Positions 8,663-18,926 of a stretch of 64,000 nucleotides of DNA are shown piece by piece. The position numbers were made by a program, and so were the translations under genes. The notes beneath the pieces are model-generated. The model did not search any database. It saw only the letters and a program-made list of their open reading frames with translations, and was not told where the DNA came from. The stretch is from Spirochaetota bacterium (GTDB lineage Bacteria > Spirochaetota > UBA4802 > JAGODF01). Numbering within the stretch: position 1 is the first letter of the stretch; every line of letters begins with the position of its first letter. The DNA is taken from assembly GCA_029974015.1 (NCBI GenBank), contig JARKUF010000019.1:10219-74218 (forward strand), given 5' to 3'.

Positions 8663-9823
8663 ATGGGAAGCAATGATTCCTATACCGAAGTGACGAGTAC
8701 CAACTGGTTCTCCCGCCTTGGTCAGTCGTTTAAAAGCGTAGGAACGGGGCTTTTAATTTTTATCGCCTCTTTCGTCGTTCTGTTCTGGAACGAAAGTTCG
8801 GCGGTGAAGAACATCCACGGACTTGAGGAAGGCCAGTCCAAAGTGGTTTCCCTCGCGGAGCCAAAAGTTGATACAGCCAATAACGATAAGCTGGTACATA
8901 TTTCTGGTGAGGCCATAACCGGCGAAACCCTCACCGACTCGCTACTCGACGTTAGTGTAAACGCCATACACCTAGTCCGCACCGTTGAAATGTATCAGTG
9001 GAAACAAGTCACTTCTTCTAAAACCGAAAAAAAACTAGGCGGCAAGGAAGAAGAAACAATTGAGTATCGGTACGAGAAAGGCTGGTCGTCAACGGTAATC
9101 AACTCCAGCGAGTTCAAGAGACCAGAAGGCCATTCCAATCCCGCCGTCATGGAATTTCAGGGGGCCCAGTTCCAGGCTCAAAAAGTTACCGTAGGTGAGT
9201 TCTCCCTTCCAGTGGGACTCATAAACAAGATCAGCGATGGTGATGATGTCCAGATCAATCAGGACAATCTCTCTCCCGAACTCCAGGGACGCGCCAGGGT
9301 CCAGGGTAGCGAGGTGTATGTTGGATACAATCCCGCGAACCCGCAAATCGGAGACCTCAAAATCAAGCTAAGGGTGGTAAAGCCCCAGAAAGTTTCCATA
9401 ATAGCCCAGCAGCGGGGCAACACCTTCCAGGCGTACCAGCCGAAAGAAGGAAACAGCATACTATGGCTTAGCTCTGGAATCGTATCTGCCGAGCAAATGT
9501 TTCAAGGCGCGATATCCGCGGAAGGGACAAAGACCTGGCTTTTCCGCCTCCTTGGCTTTGTCATGATGTACATTGGAATCACAATGATTTTCAAGCCCAT
9601 TGTGGTATTTGGTGATGTTGTTCCAATAGTTGGGAACATCCTCAACTTCGGCATCGGGCTTTTCTCTTTCATCGTCTCTGCGGCGCTAACACTGGTAACC
9701 ATCGCCATCGCATGGCTTTTCGCGAGGCCGCTTCTCGGAATTTCGCTTCTCGTGTTGGGAATTGGAGGCTTTGTGGCCTTCAAAGCCATGGGGAAGAAAA
9801 AGGCGGCGCAAACTCCGGCGTAA
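8663..9823 (+). CDS. TMEM43/DUF1625-family membrane protein
   Basis: GGAGG lies upstream of the ATG. The N-terminal TM segment (LLIFIASFVVLFWNE) is followed by a large soluble domain and a C-terminal cluster of TM helices. This architecture is typical of the TMEM43 family. Confidence 0.65.
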   Translation: MGSNDSYTEVTSTNWFSRLGQSFKSVGTGLLIFIASFVVLFWNESSAVKNIHGLEEGQSKVVSLAEPKVDTANNDKLVHISGEAITGETLTDSLLDVSVNAIHLVRTVEMYQWKQVTSSKTEKKLGGKEEETIEYRYEKGWSSTVINSSEFKRPEGHSNPAVMEFQGAQFQAQKVTVGEFSLPVGLINKISDGDDVQINQDNLSPELQGRARVQGSEVYVGYNPANPQIGDLKIKLRVVKPQKVSIIAQQRGNTFQAYQPKEGNSILWLSSGIVSAEQMFQGAISAEGTKTWLFRLLGFVMMYIGITMIFKPIVVFGDVVPIVGNILNFGIGLFSFIVSAALTLVTIAIAWLFARPLLGISLLVLGIGGFVAFKAMGKKKAAQTPA

Positions 9824-9844
9824 ACCGCACAATCTTAGCGCTAT

Positions 9845-10834
9845 CTACAGGGAGGAGGGCGCAAGCCCTCCTCCTGCTTTCATAGCGCTTCGCTCCGTCG
9901 TGCCCTCCGAATAAAGCACTGCGTCTCCAAATACGAGGGCGCCATCTAAGACGGCGCCCTTTTCCACGGCCGCTCCCGGTAAAAGCACGGAGCCTCGCAC
10001 CAGCGCCCCGCTTTCCACGCGGGCCCCATCTCCCAGCACCGAGCCTTCTACAAGCGCGCCTTTCTCCACCAGGGCCCCTTGGCTCACCGGCGAAATCCCT
10101 TTTCCGGCAAGCGTCCCAAGGAGGGCCCCTGCGTCATCAAGGTCCTCAAGCATCGCCATGTTCACGCGGTAGAGGGACTCCGGAGTGCCGATGTCGTGCC
10201 AGAAGCCCCCGTGGACAAAGTAATGGAGCGCGCCATGCCTGATGATATCGACATAGGCGGTGTAAACAATGCTGGAAAAATCCCTGTCCAGGCGGGAAAA
10301 AATCGACGGGGAGAGGGCCGCCGCCCCGGTGAACACGAATCCTGAATTAATCCCCGTGCCTAAGAAATTCCGGAAGTCGGCCACCAGATCGCCCCTTACC
10401 CCCACGGGGCCAATCTCCGCGGCATCGGGATGGCGGTAGAGCACCACCGTGGCAACAGCGCGCCTTTCCCGGTGATATGCCAGGAGGGCCTCCAGGTCCA
10501 GGTCCATCACCACATCGCCGTTTAGCACCAGAAAATCCCCGCCGGAAAGCTCCTTCTCGCATTTTTTTAAGCCTCCCCCCGTGCCAAGGATGGGGTCCTC
10601 ACGTGAAAAGCTGATTTCAAAGCCGAAGTTATTATTGGCCTCGCAGTAGCGCACAAGATCGTCCGGGCGGTGATGGAGGTTCATAATCACCCGCGACACT
10701 CCGGCGCGCCTGAGGAGGGCAAGGGGCCAGTGCAGGGCGGGGACATTCACCACGGGGACGAGGGGCTTGGGCATCGCGTCGGTAATGGGCCTTAACCTTT
10801 CGCCGTATCCCGCCGTGAAAATGAAAGCTTTCAC
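9845..10834 (-). CDS. Sugar-1-phosphate nucleotidyltransferase (MurU-like) with C-terminal left-handed beta-helix repeats
   Basis: The N-terminal motif is FTAGYGERLRPITDAMPKPLVPV. The C-terminus carries hexapeptide-like repeats (GALVEKGALVEGSVLGDGARVESGALV). Its start overlaps the stop of the upstream kinase gene. Confidence 0.65.
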   Translation of the reverse strand: MKAFIFTAGYGERLRPITDAMPKPLVPVVNVPALHWPLALLRRAGVSRVIMNLHHRPDDLVRYCEANNNFGFEISFSREDPILGTGGGLKKCEKELSGGDFLVLNGDVVMDLDLEALLAYHRERRAVATVVLYRHPDAAEIGPVGVRGDLVADFRNFLGTGINSGFVFTGAAALSPSIFSRLDRDFSSIVYTAYVDIIRHGALHYFVHGGFWHDIGTPESLYRVNMAMLEDLDDAGALLGTLAGKGISPVSQGALVEKGALVEGSVLGDGARVESGALVRGSVLLPGAAVEKGAVLDGALVFGDAVLYSEGTTERSAMKAGGGLAPSSL

Positions 10835-11835
10835 CGGGCGCCCCCCGCGGCATCGAGGATGATGTCCACGGGGCCGGAGAGCTCGGGATTTCTTTCCGCG
10901 TACTCCGGCAGATAATTCAGGGTGTCAAGGATGTATTTTTCGTAGAGTGCTTTTCCCTTCTTCGTCACCAGGTATCCAAAGGTCCCCAGGGCCTTGACGT
11001 TCCGCTGGAACGCGGAGAGGTCGAAGTAACGGAGGAACTCGTCCGCTCCAAGAGAATGCAGCCCAGCGTCACTCGCCTGCTCGAAGTAAAGCTCCCTGAG
11101 AGAAATAAACATTTCATCGGGCAGGCGCACATAGGAATCGCGAAGGAGCGATACCAGATCATAATGCGGAAGCCCCAGGCGCGCGTCCTGGAAGTCGATA
11201 ATGAAGAGGTCCCCTTCCCTGATTAGAATGTTCCTGGAATGGTAGTCCCTGTGGTTAAGCACAAAGAGTTCCCTCCGCTGGAGGGACCCGCTCACCCGCA
11301 AAAACCCGCGCTCCAGCTCTCTTTTCACGCTGTCGGAAAGGGCCGCGGAGAAATACCCCTCCATGGCGTGCTCCAGAAAAAAAGAGAACTCGAACATGAG
11401 CTTTTCAACATCGAAGGCGAGGGTGAATGGAATGGAGCCGTTGTCCCGAATGGACTGTATCCTCACGAGGACGGCGATGAGCTCTTCGTACACGGCGGAC
11501 AGTGAATCGGGGCCGGCAATTTCGGCATGGTCCTCGAGATGATGGTCTCCGGCGTCCTCAAGGAGAAGAAGCCCCCTCGGGGCGTCAAAACATATTACCC
11601 TCGGGACCGGTATGTCATGGGCCGTAAAAATTTTGTAAACCTGATAATACGGAAATGATTCCAGTTCCGCTCCCTCGAAGGAGGGGTCATGGCACACGAC
11701 GCAGGTTTCATCGCCGCACTGGACGCGATAATACTCCCTTGCCGAGGCGTCCCCGGCAAGCTTCTCGCAGTACCCTACGCTTCCAATCGTATCCTGGCAG
11801 AAGTTTTCAATTATGTCGGCGCCTTTCTCCATCAT
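10831..11835 (-). CDS. Aminoglycoside-phosphotransferase-fold kinase, AmgK-like (anomeric MurNAc/GlcNAc kinase family)
   Basis: The catalytic segment is LNHRDYHSRNILI...IDFQDARLGLPHYDLVSLLRDSY. I set the start at MMEKGAD (11835), which has GGAGG upstream. The track ORF extension to 12006 overlaps the ftsZ 3' end. Confidence 0.65.
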   Translation of the reverse strand: MMEKGADIIENFCQDTIGSVGYCEKLAGDASAREYYRVQCGDETCVVCHDPSFEGAELESFPYYQVYKIFTAHDIPVPRVICFDAPRGLLLLEDAGDHHLEDHAEIAGPDSLSAVYEELIAVLVRIQSIRDNGSIPFTLAFDVEKLMFEFSFFLEHAMEGYFSAALSDSVKRELERGFLRVSGSLQRRELFVLNHRDYHSRNILIREGDLFIIDFQDARLGLPHYDLVSLLRDSYVRLPDEMFISLRELYFEQASDAGLHSLGADEFLRYFDLSAFQRNVKALGTFGYLVTKKGKALYEKYILDTLNYLPEYAERNPELSGPVDIILDAAGGAR

Positions 11836-11929
11836 GGTATACCTCCCCTTTTTTGGCCTCTGAAAATCCGGCCATAAAAAAACGGCCCCGGGCCCCGCGG
11901 AGGGCCCGGAGATTGGGGGGACTATTGTT

Positions 11930-13102
11930 TCAGTCCTGGGACCTCCGTAAAAATGCAGGTATGTCCAGGTCGTCCTTCGCGTTGTCGACAAACTGACGGC
12001 TCTCATAGTCTAACTTGAAGGTGCGCGACAGGCCTTCCCGGGCCTTCCGGGGCTCGGCCTGGCTTTCCTTGTTCTCCACAAGCTTAAGCGCCGCCCCCGT
12101 TTTGCGGTCCAGGTCGCCTTCGCTGTTGCGGGAGAGCATATTGCGCTTCCGGTCGAACCCCGTGGCGATTACGGTGACGCGGACCTTCTCGTCCAGGGCC
12201 GGGTCGATGGTGGTGCCGAATATGATGTTCGCGTCGGTGTCCACCTGGCGGGTGATGAGGTCGTTCACCTCGTTGACCTCGTGGAGGGAGAGGTCGTTTC
12301 CGCCGGCAATATTTATGAGCACAGCCTTCGCCCCGTGGATGCCCGTCTCCTCCAGGAGCGGGCTGTTGATGGCCATCTGGGTGGCCTCCACAGACTTGTT
12401 TTCGCCGAAGCCGATCCCCACGCCCATGAGCGCGTCGCCGGTTTCCTTCATGACGGTGCGCACATCGGCGAAGTCCACGTTCACAAGGCCCGTCACCATG
12501 ATGATGTCCGATATTCCCTGGACCCCCTGGCGGAGGATGTCGTCGGCGAGTTTGAAGGCGTCGTCGATAGGGGTTTTCCGGTCGATTATTTTCAGCAGAA
12601 GGTCGTTGGGAATGGTGATGAGAGTATCGACCTTGTCCTTGATGTTTACAATGCCCTGCTCCGCCTGGGTCATGCGGCGGCGCCCTTCAACGCGGAACGG
12701 TTTTGTCACCACGCCCACCACGAGTGCCCCCTGCTCTCTGGCAATTTCCGCCACGATGGGCGCCGCCCCGGTGCCGGTGCCGCCCCCCATGCCGGCGGTG
12801 ATGAAAACCATGTCGGCCCCCTTGAGGGACTTGGCGATTTTATCGCGGTCCTCGTTCGCGGCCTCGCGGCCCACCCCGGGATCGGCGCCGGCGCCGAGGC
12901 CCCGCGTTAGCTTGCATCCAATCTGGATTTTAACCGGCGCAAGGGAATTCTTAAGCTGTTGCGCGTCCGTGTTCGCCACGATGAATTCGATCCCCTCCAT
13001 ACCCGTGGCGATCATCCTGTTTACCGCGTTTGTCCCGGCGCCCCCAACGCCGACGACCTTGATGACGGTATTCAGTTCCTTTTCCTCTTCCAACCTGAAC
13101 AT
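11930..13102 (-). CDS. ftsZ: Cell division GTPase FtsZ
   Basis: The tubulin signature is [10 protein letters not shown]. The N-terminal segment is [17 protein letters not shown]. The conserved C-terminal peptide is [11 protein letters not shown]. Confidence 0.97.
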   Translation of the reverse strand: MFRLEEEKELNTVIKVVGVGGAGTNAVNRMIATGMEGIEFIVANTDAQQLKNSLAPVKIQIGCKLTRGLGAGADPGVGREAANEDRDKIAKSLKGADMVFITAGMGGGTGTGAAPIVAEIAREQGALVVGVVTKPFRVEGRRRMTQAEQGIVNIKDKVDTLITIPNDLLLKIIDRKTPIDDAFKLADDILRQGVQGISDIIMVTGLVNVDFADVRTVMKETGDALMGVGIGFGENKSVEATQMAINSPLLEETGIHGAKAVLINIAGGNDLSLHEVNEVNDLITRQVDTDANIIFGTTIDPALDEKVRVTVIATGFDRKRNMLSRNSEGDLDRKTGAALKLVENKESQAEPRKAREGLSRTFKLDYESRQFVDNAKDDLDIPAFLRRSQD

Positions 13103-13199
13103 ATAGTCCCCCCATTCCTAAAAGGTTTTGAAAGTTTTTTTACAGATTTTCAAAGCTTGCTTTTTGAACGTCTTATGTCTCATTCACGCATAAAAAAAC

Positions 13200-14435
13200 T
13201 CAGAGGTACTGCTCTATCCACTTCATGAGGCGGCTGCCCACGGTTTTAATGCCGCCTTTTTTTTCTTTTTCCTTTCCGGCCCTGAACTGTTCCTTGAGGA
13301 TCCCGTATTTGAGCAGGCCCACGCCATTGGAGTACTGGGGCGTGGAAACCACGTCTTTAAGGCCCGAGATGTCCCGGGGTGTGCCGATCCGCACGGGCAT
13401 GTTGAAGACGCGCTCCGCCGCTTCCACGCATCCTTCAAGCATGCTGCCCCCTCCCGTGAGGACTATGCCCGCCGCTAAAAGCTCCTTCTTGCCACCGGCC
13501 GCAAGCTCCCGTTCCGCCATCTCCATGATCTCCATCATCCTGGGCTCAATAATCTGGGCGAGCTCCTGGCGGAAAAGCCTCCGGGGCGCGCGCCCTCCCA
13601 CGGAGGGGACCTCAATGGTTTCCAAGGCGTCCACCAGGTCGGCCACGGCGCACCCGTTTTTTTTCTTTATTACTTCCGCGGCCTCCTGAGGGGTCCTTAG
13701 CCCAATAGATATGTCGTTCGTCACATGGATGCCCCCAACGGCGAGGACCGAGGACTGGGCCACCCCCCCCTCAATGAAAACCATGATGTCGCTCGTCCCT
13801 CCCCCGAGGTCTATCAGGGCCACGCCGAGGTCCTTCTCGTCCTGGCTCAGGGTCGCCTCGGAAGAAGCAAGGGGCGAGAAGATGATGTCGGCGCACTGGA
13901 ACCCCGACCGGTGCACCGACTTGATGACGTTTTGAATGCTCGTGGTGGAGCCCGTGATGATGTGGACCTCCGCTTCCAGGCGCACGCCGCTCATGCCGAT
14001 GGGGTCCTTGATGCCGCTCTGTTCGTCAACGGCGAACTCCTTGGAGAGGACGTGGACGATTTCCCGGTCCGCCGGGACCTTGATGGCCTGGGCGGCCTCG
14101 AAGACGCGCTTCACTTCCGCGGCGTTCACATACCGGTTCCGGTTGGAGATGGCAACGACGCCGCGCTGGTTCTCCCCTTTCACATGCTGGCCCGAGATGC
14201 CCACATAGACATTGCTCACCTCGCATCCCGCCATGAGCTCCGCGTCCTCCACGGCCTTGACAATGGAAGCCACGGTGTTGTCGATATTTACAATGACGCC
14301 GTTTTTAAGTCCCTTCGATGGGGCAACGCCGACGCCCGCCACTTCCACCTGGCCGTGCTCGTTTAAAAAACCGATGACCGCGCAGGTTTTCGTCGTTCCC
14401 AGGTCAAGACCTACCGTTATGCCTTCCATCATCAT
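13200..14435 (-). CDS. ftsA: Cell division protein FtsA
   Basis: Actin-fold motifs are present (VGLDLGTTKTCAVIG, LIDLGGGTSD). I set the start at the MMM codons preceded by GGAGTG. Confidence 0.95.
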   Translation of the reverse strand: MMMEGITVGLDLGTTKTCAVIGFLNEHGQVEVAGVGVAPSKGLKNGVIVNIDNTVASIVKAVEDAELMAGCEVSNVYVGISGQHVKGENQRGVVAISNRNRYVNAAEVKRVFEAAQAIKVPADREIVHVLSKEFAVDEQSGIKDPIGMSGVRLEAEVHIITGSTTSIQNVIKSVHRSGFQCADIIFSPLASSEATLSQDEKDLGVALIDLGGGTSDIMVFIEGGVAQSSVLAVGGIHVTNDISIGLRTPQEAAEVIKKKNGCAVADLVDALETIEVPSVGGRAPRRLFRQELAQIIEPRMMEIMEMAERELAAGGKKELLAAGIVLTGGGSMLEGCVEAAERVFNMPVRIGTPRDISGLKDVVSTPQYSNGVGLLKYGILKEQFRAGKEKEKKGGIKTVGSRLMKWIEQYL

Positions 14436-14525
14436 CACTCCATATTGCAGGCAACGCCCGATTCGCCTAACACGAGGGGCATGCCCCTCCGGCACTCTCC
14501 ATTAATAATCATCGGCCGCATACAA

Positions 14526-15251
14526 TCACTCTATTAGTCCGTACCCCCCGCCCACGCGCAGGGTCCCGGGATAATAATTTCTTTCGTCAAGTATGGACAA
14601 CAGGTATTTCAGGGCCGTGAAGGACGCGCCCTCTTTTTTGAGATACAATGTAGTCTTTCTTCCTTTAAGAAATATTTCAAGCATATTATCGTTTTCAAGG
14701 CTGATCTGGTCTATTTCCGCGAAAAGACCGCGGTGTTCCATCTCCATGCGGGACATTTCGCGGAAAAATTCCCGTATCTTCGCCGAAATGGCCCCGTTTT
14801 TAAGCTCCTCCCCGCGAATGATCACCAGAGGTTTTCCCTCAAGGTGGAGGTCGCGCACGGACACCACGTTGAAGCTTCCGTCAACTTCAAAGGGGACCGT
14901 TTCGCCGTCGCGCCTCACGGCCATGAGATACACGGGGACGCGCTCCTTCACAGTGACGACAAGCCCTCGGCCGCTCTCGGCAATCTGGCTTGCTTCTATC
15001 ATCCGGTTTTGCTCCAGGTTCCGCCTCAGGGCCTCCACATCCAGGGTAATCCCGCCGTCAGCGGCCTTTAGCGGTACGCCTTCCAAAAGCTTCTGGCGGT
15101 TGAGGAGCTTCAGGCCGCGGAACTCGATGCTTTCCACGGTCCGCATGGCCCTCCCCGCCGGTGCAAGGGACGGCAGCGCCATCATGGCCGAAAGAAGCGC
15201 CGCGATGGCCGTGACCTTTCGCATCGTCCCGCTTCTCATCGTCCCCGACAT
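14526..15251 (-). CDS. ftsQ: Cell division protein FtsQ/DivIB-like (POTRA domain)
   Basis: A single N-terminal TM segment is followed by a POTRA-like segment (IEFRGLKLLNRQKLLEGV). The gene sits between murC and ftsA. Confidence 0.7.
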   Translation of the reverse strand: MSGTMRSGTMRKVTAIAALLSAMMALPSLAPAGRAMRTVESIEFRGLKLLNRQKLLEGVPLKAADGGITLDVEALRRNLEQNRMIEASQIAESGRGLVVTVKERVPVYLMAVRRDGETVPFEVDGSFNVVSVRDLHLEGKPLVIIRGEELKNGAISAKIREFFREMSRMEMEHRGLFAEIDQISLENDNMLEIFLKGRKTTLYLKKEGASFTALKYLLSILDERNYYPGTLRVGGGYGLIE

Positions 15252-15265
15252 ATCAGCGTTTGTTT

Positions 15266-16657
15266 TCAGGCCTTCCCCTCCCGAAGAAATTTCGCGATCA
15301 TGGGTCCTGCCTTGTAGATGTCCCCTGCCCCCAGGGTGAGGACTATATCGCCCTCCCTCAAAGCGCCGCAGAGGACTTCCGGTATCTCCTCGAATTTGCC
15401 GATGAGGCCAACATTGCGCCCCTCGTGTTTCGCGATGGCGTCGCGTATCAATCCGGCAGACACCCCCTCTATGGGCTCCTCCCCGGCGGGATAAATTTCC
15501 GTAAGATACACCTCATCGGCCCGTGCGAAGGACTTGCCGAAATCGTCCCATAAAAGCTGGGTCCGGGAGTAACGGTGCGGCTGGAAGAGGACCACCACGC
15601 GTCGCCCCAGCCTCTTCACCGCTTCCAGGGTGGCCCTGATCTCCGTGGGATGGTGCCCGTAATCGTCGAAGATGGTCACGCCGCCAGCTTCGTCAATCCG
15701 CTCCAGGCGCCTGCCGACCCCGCGAAACCCCGCAAAGCCCTCCTGAATGGTTTTAAAGGAAAGTCCAAGCTCCAGCGCCACGGCGAGGACCGCCAGGGAA
15801 TTGCTCACATTATGCGACCCCAAAAGGGCAAGGTCAATATCGCCGAGGCGCTTTCCGCGGTAATGGCAAGCGTAGGACATTTTATCCCCGTTCATCCGTA
15901 TGTCCGTGGCGCGGAAATCGGCGCTCTCGGAAAAGCCGTAAGTCACATAGGGGCGCTCCACCCGCGGCATTAGCTCGCAGATTACCGGATCGTCGGCGCA
16001 GAGGGCGGAATAACCATAAAAGGGGATGTTGTTTATGTACTGCAAAAAAGCGTCCTTGAGCCCCTCGAAGTATTTATAGTAGTCAAGATGGTCCGCATCG
16101 ATATTTGTGACGATGGCAATAGAGGGCAGAAGCTTCAGGAAAGAGCCGTCGGACTCGTCGGCCTCGAAAACAAGGTATTCGCCCTGTCCCGCCCGGGCAT
16201 TAGAACCGAAGTTCAGCACCTTGCCCCCCACTATGGATGTGGGATTCAAGCCGCCGAAATCGAGGAGCCATGCGAGGAGGGAAGAGGTCGTGGTTTTTCC
16301 ATGGGTCCCCGCCACGCCAATGCCGTGTTTCAGGCGTACAAGCTCGGCCAGCATCTCGGAGCGGTGGATTACCGGTATCTTCCTCGCCTTCGCTTCGATG
16401 AGCTCGGGATTGTTTCTGCCGATGGCCGTGGAAGTGACCACCACATGGTAATCTCCTATATTGGACGGATAATGGCCGATGAAGACCTTCACCCCCATGG
16501 CCTTGAGCCGCCCGGTCTGTTCCGATTCGCGGAGATCGGACCCGGACACCTCATAGCCCAGGTTCACCAGGATCTCCGCGATGCCGCTCATGCCGATGCC
16601 GCCGATTCCGATAAAGTGCATGCTTTTTGAATTTCTAAACACCGTCCTTCTCCTCAC
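15266..16657 (-). CDS. murC: UDP-N-acetylmuramate--L-alanine ligase
   Basis: Supporting motifs are HFIGIGGIGMSGIAEIL and GTHGKTTT. Mur ligase middle and C-terminal domains are present, and the dcw context fits. Confidence 0.95.
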   Translation of the reverse strand: MRRRTVFRNSKSMHFIGIGGIGMSGIAEILVNLGYEVSGSDLRESEQTGRLKAMGVKVFIGHYPSNIGDYHVVVTSTAIGRNNPELIEAKARKIPVIHRSEMLAELVRLKHGIGVAGTHGKTTTSSLLAWLLDFGGLNPTSIVGGKVLNFGSNARAGQGEYLVFEADESDGSFLKLLPSIAIVTNIDADHLDYYKYFEGLKDAFLQYINNIPFYGYSALCADDPVICELMPRVERPYVTYGFSESADFRATDIRMNGDKMSYACHYRGKRLGDIDLALLGSHNVSNSLAVLAVALELGLSFKTIQEGFAGFRGVGRRLERIDEAGGVTIFDDYGHHPTEIRATLEAVKRLGRRVVVLFQPHRYSRTQLLWDDFGKSFARADEVYLTEIYPAGEEPIEGVSAGLIRDAIAKHEGRNVGLIGKFEEIPEVLCGALREGDIVLTLGAGDIYKAGPMIAKFLREGKA

Positions 16658-17775
16658 TTCCCCGCCGCCTGTCCGTTTTTCAAAACCGCCTCGACGATAT
16701 CGGCGGCGGCGTTCTTCTTCGCGGCCCCGAAGGCGGCCTGGCGCATCCGCTCCAGTTTCGCCGCGTGGTCCAGGAGGCCGAAGAGGACCGGGGCCACCTT
16801 TTCCGGGACAGCGTCCTCATTGCTTATCTTAAGAGCGGCCCCGGCCTTTACAAACTCGTCGGCGTTGATCTCCTGGTGGTTGTCCGCCGCGTGGGGATAT
16901 GGAATCAGGACCGAGGGAAGCCCCATGGCGGCGAGCTCCATCATGACGCCGGAGCCTGCGCGGCTCACGGCAATATCGCTCGCCAGATACGCCAGGCCCA
17001 CATTGTTGATGAAGGGGGAAAGGAAAATCGACCCCTCCTCCACCTCCTCCTGGACGCGCCTTTTGTACTCCCCATGGGAGAAGTCCCCGGTGCTCCAGAT
17101 GATGCCTGTGTTTTTGAAATCGTTGGGGAAAGCCTTCTTCAGGCCCAGCATAAGCTCGTTGATCTTCACCGCCCCCTGGCTTCCTCCGATGGCCAGAATC
17201 ACCCGTTTGCAGTGCTTCAGGTTGAAGGCCGCTTTCGCGTTTTCCTTGGATTCCACCACAAACACTTTTTTCCTGATGGGGTTCCCCAGGCAGAGAAGCC
17301 CTTCATCGTATTTTAAAAAGCCCTTCGTCGCCTCGAAGGTGGAAAATATCCCCTTCGCATAGCGGGAAAAGTATCTGGTGACGCGCCCCGGCACGGAGTT
17401 TTGCTCGCAGAGGTACAGGGGAACCCCGCGTTTCCGCGCCGCATATAGCATGGGCGCCGAAACGTATCCCCCCATGCCGATGACGGCGTCGATGCCGCGT
17501 TTTTTAAGAAGGCCCTTCGACTTCAGCACCGCGAAATAGAAACGCAATGGGAAGAAAAATAGCTTCAGGGGATTTTTGCTGAAAGCCGGGGCGCCGTAGA
17601 GCGCCAGGTCACCGCCTAATTCCTTCAGGTAGGCAAACCGAGCGTCCCGTTTCCCCGAGAGAAACGTCACCTCCGCCCCGCGGGCCTTGAACTCCTCGTA
17701 AAGGGCTATCCCGGGGCTTATGTGCCCCCCCGTACCGCCGGCGACGATAAGAACGCGCATCTGTTTCATATCCAT
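16654..17775 (-). CDS. murG: Undecaprenyldiphospho-muramoylpentapeptide beta-N-acetylglucosaminyltransferase
   Basis: The N-terminal motif is AGGTGGHISPG. The full-length MurG pattern and the dcw context fit. Confidence 0.95.
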   Translation of the reverse strand: MDMKQMRVLIVAGGTGGHISPGIALYEEFKARGAEVTFLSGKRDARFAYLKELGGDLALYGAPAFSKNPLKLFFFPLRFYFAVLKSKGLLKKRGIDAVIGMGGYVSAPMLYAARKRGVPLYLCEQNSVPGRVTRYFSRYAKGIFSTFEATKGFLKYDEGLLCLGNPIRKKVFVVESKENAKAAFNLKHCKRVILAIGGSQGAVKINELMLGLKKAFPNDFKNTGIIWSTGDFSHGEYKRRVQEEVEEGSIFLSPFINNVGLAYLASDIAVSRAGSGVMMELAAMGLPSVLIPYPHAADNHQEINADEFVKAGAALKISNEDAVPEKVAPVLFGLLDHAAKLERMRQAAFGAAKKNAAADIVEAVLKNGQAAGK

Positions 17776-18926
17776 TGTTCCTCTGCAAATTTCACTTCAG
17801 GGTTGACCGCCTCCCGGTACCTGGAAATATTCAGGAGAATCCCCGCCGCCATCATCGTCGTCACGAGGGAGGACCCCCCGTAGCTGATGAAAGGCAGAGG
17901 TATTCCCGTGGTGGGGAGCCTGCCGCTTACCACGGCGATGTTAACGAAGGCCTGGACCACCACAAGAAGGGTCAAGCCGATGGCCAGAAGCCGGCCAAAC
18001 TCATCGGGTGCTCCAAGGGCAATTTTCATCCCCCTCCAGAAGAGCGTGCAAAAGAGGAGTATGATTAAAACCGTGCCTAACATTCCCGCTTCCTCTGCGA
18101 TGACCGCGAAAATGAAGTCGGTGTGGGGCTCCGGAAGCCTCTGCAGTTTCTGAGTGCCGCTTCCCAGGCCCGTTCCCAGGAACCCCCCGGCCTTGAACGC
18201 TATAAAGGATTGGATGATGTGATATCCTATGCCGTAGCGGTAGCGCCAGGGATCGAAGAAAGCTAAAAGGCGCGTCCGCCTGTAGGCCACCTGGTAGATG
18301 ATGAGGTAAAACATTGGAACGCTCAAAAGGAAGAGGGACAGAATGTAAACGAGCGGAAAACCGGAAACGAAAAGCACCAGGACCGACACGAAAAGGAGCG
18401 TCATGGCGGTCCCGAAATCGGGCTGTAGCATGATGAGCAAGAACATCACCGCGGTGATGAGCATCGGGACCAGGAGCTGGACCACATGGTTGGTGATGCC
18501 GTCGTTCTCCGTGGAGAAGACCTTCGCGAGGTACACCACCATGGCGATCTTCACTATTTCCGAAGGCTGAATGTTCAGTGGGCCAAGTGAAAGCCAGCGG
18601 ACGGAGGATTTGACGTTCTTTCCCATGCCGGGGACCAGGACCAGAATGAGGGACAGCAGGGACAGCAGAAGGAGGACCCTGGTATATTTCGCGAAAAAGC
18701 GATAATCGATGCGCTGGAAGATGAAAAGGACCGCGAAGCCCACGACGCACCAGAGGAACTGCCGTTTAAGGAAATGGAACGAATCCTGGTAGGCCCTCTC
18801 GGCGAAAGCGGCGCTGGCGCTGTAGCTCATGGTGAGGCCTACCCCCGCAAGGACGAAGACCGTGATGAAAAGCCAGAGGTCCGGCGTTTCGAGGCGGCGC
18901 GTATCTAACCGTGCTTTCACATCCAT
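17766..18926 (-). CDS. ftsW: Lipid II flippase / SEDS glycosyltransferase FtsW
   Basis: The protein is a polytopic SEDS family member. Supporting motifs are PSEIVKI, LQPDFGT and PTTGIPLPFISYGGSS. Confidence 0.93.
   Translation of the reverse strand: MDVKARLDTRRLETPDLWLFITVFVLAGVGLTMSYSASAAFAERAYQDSFHFLKRQFLWCVVGFAVLFIFQRIDYRFFAKYTRVLLLLSLLSLILVLVPGMGKNVKSSVRWLSLGPLNIQPSEIVKIAMVVYLAKVFSTENDGITNHVVQLLVPMLITAVMFLLIMLQPDFGTAMTLLFVSVLVLFVSGFPLVYILSLFLLSVPMFYLIIYQVAYRRTRLLAFFDPWRYRYGIGYHIIQSFIAFKAGGFLGTGLGSGTQKLQRLPEPHTDFIFAVIAEEAGMLGTVLIILLFCTLFWRGMKIALGAPDEFGRLLAIGLTLLVVVQAFVNIAVVSGRLPTTGIPLPFISYGGSSLVTTMMAAGILLNISRYREAVNPEVKFAEEQWI

Noticed and set aside
12015-13106. 363-aa plus-strand ORF (and 12281-12910)
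   Set aside because: It is antisense to the unmistakable ftsZ gene, and its translation is low-complexity Ser/Pro/Ala/Arg.
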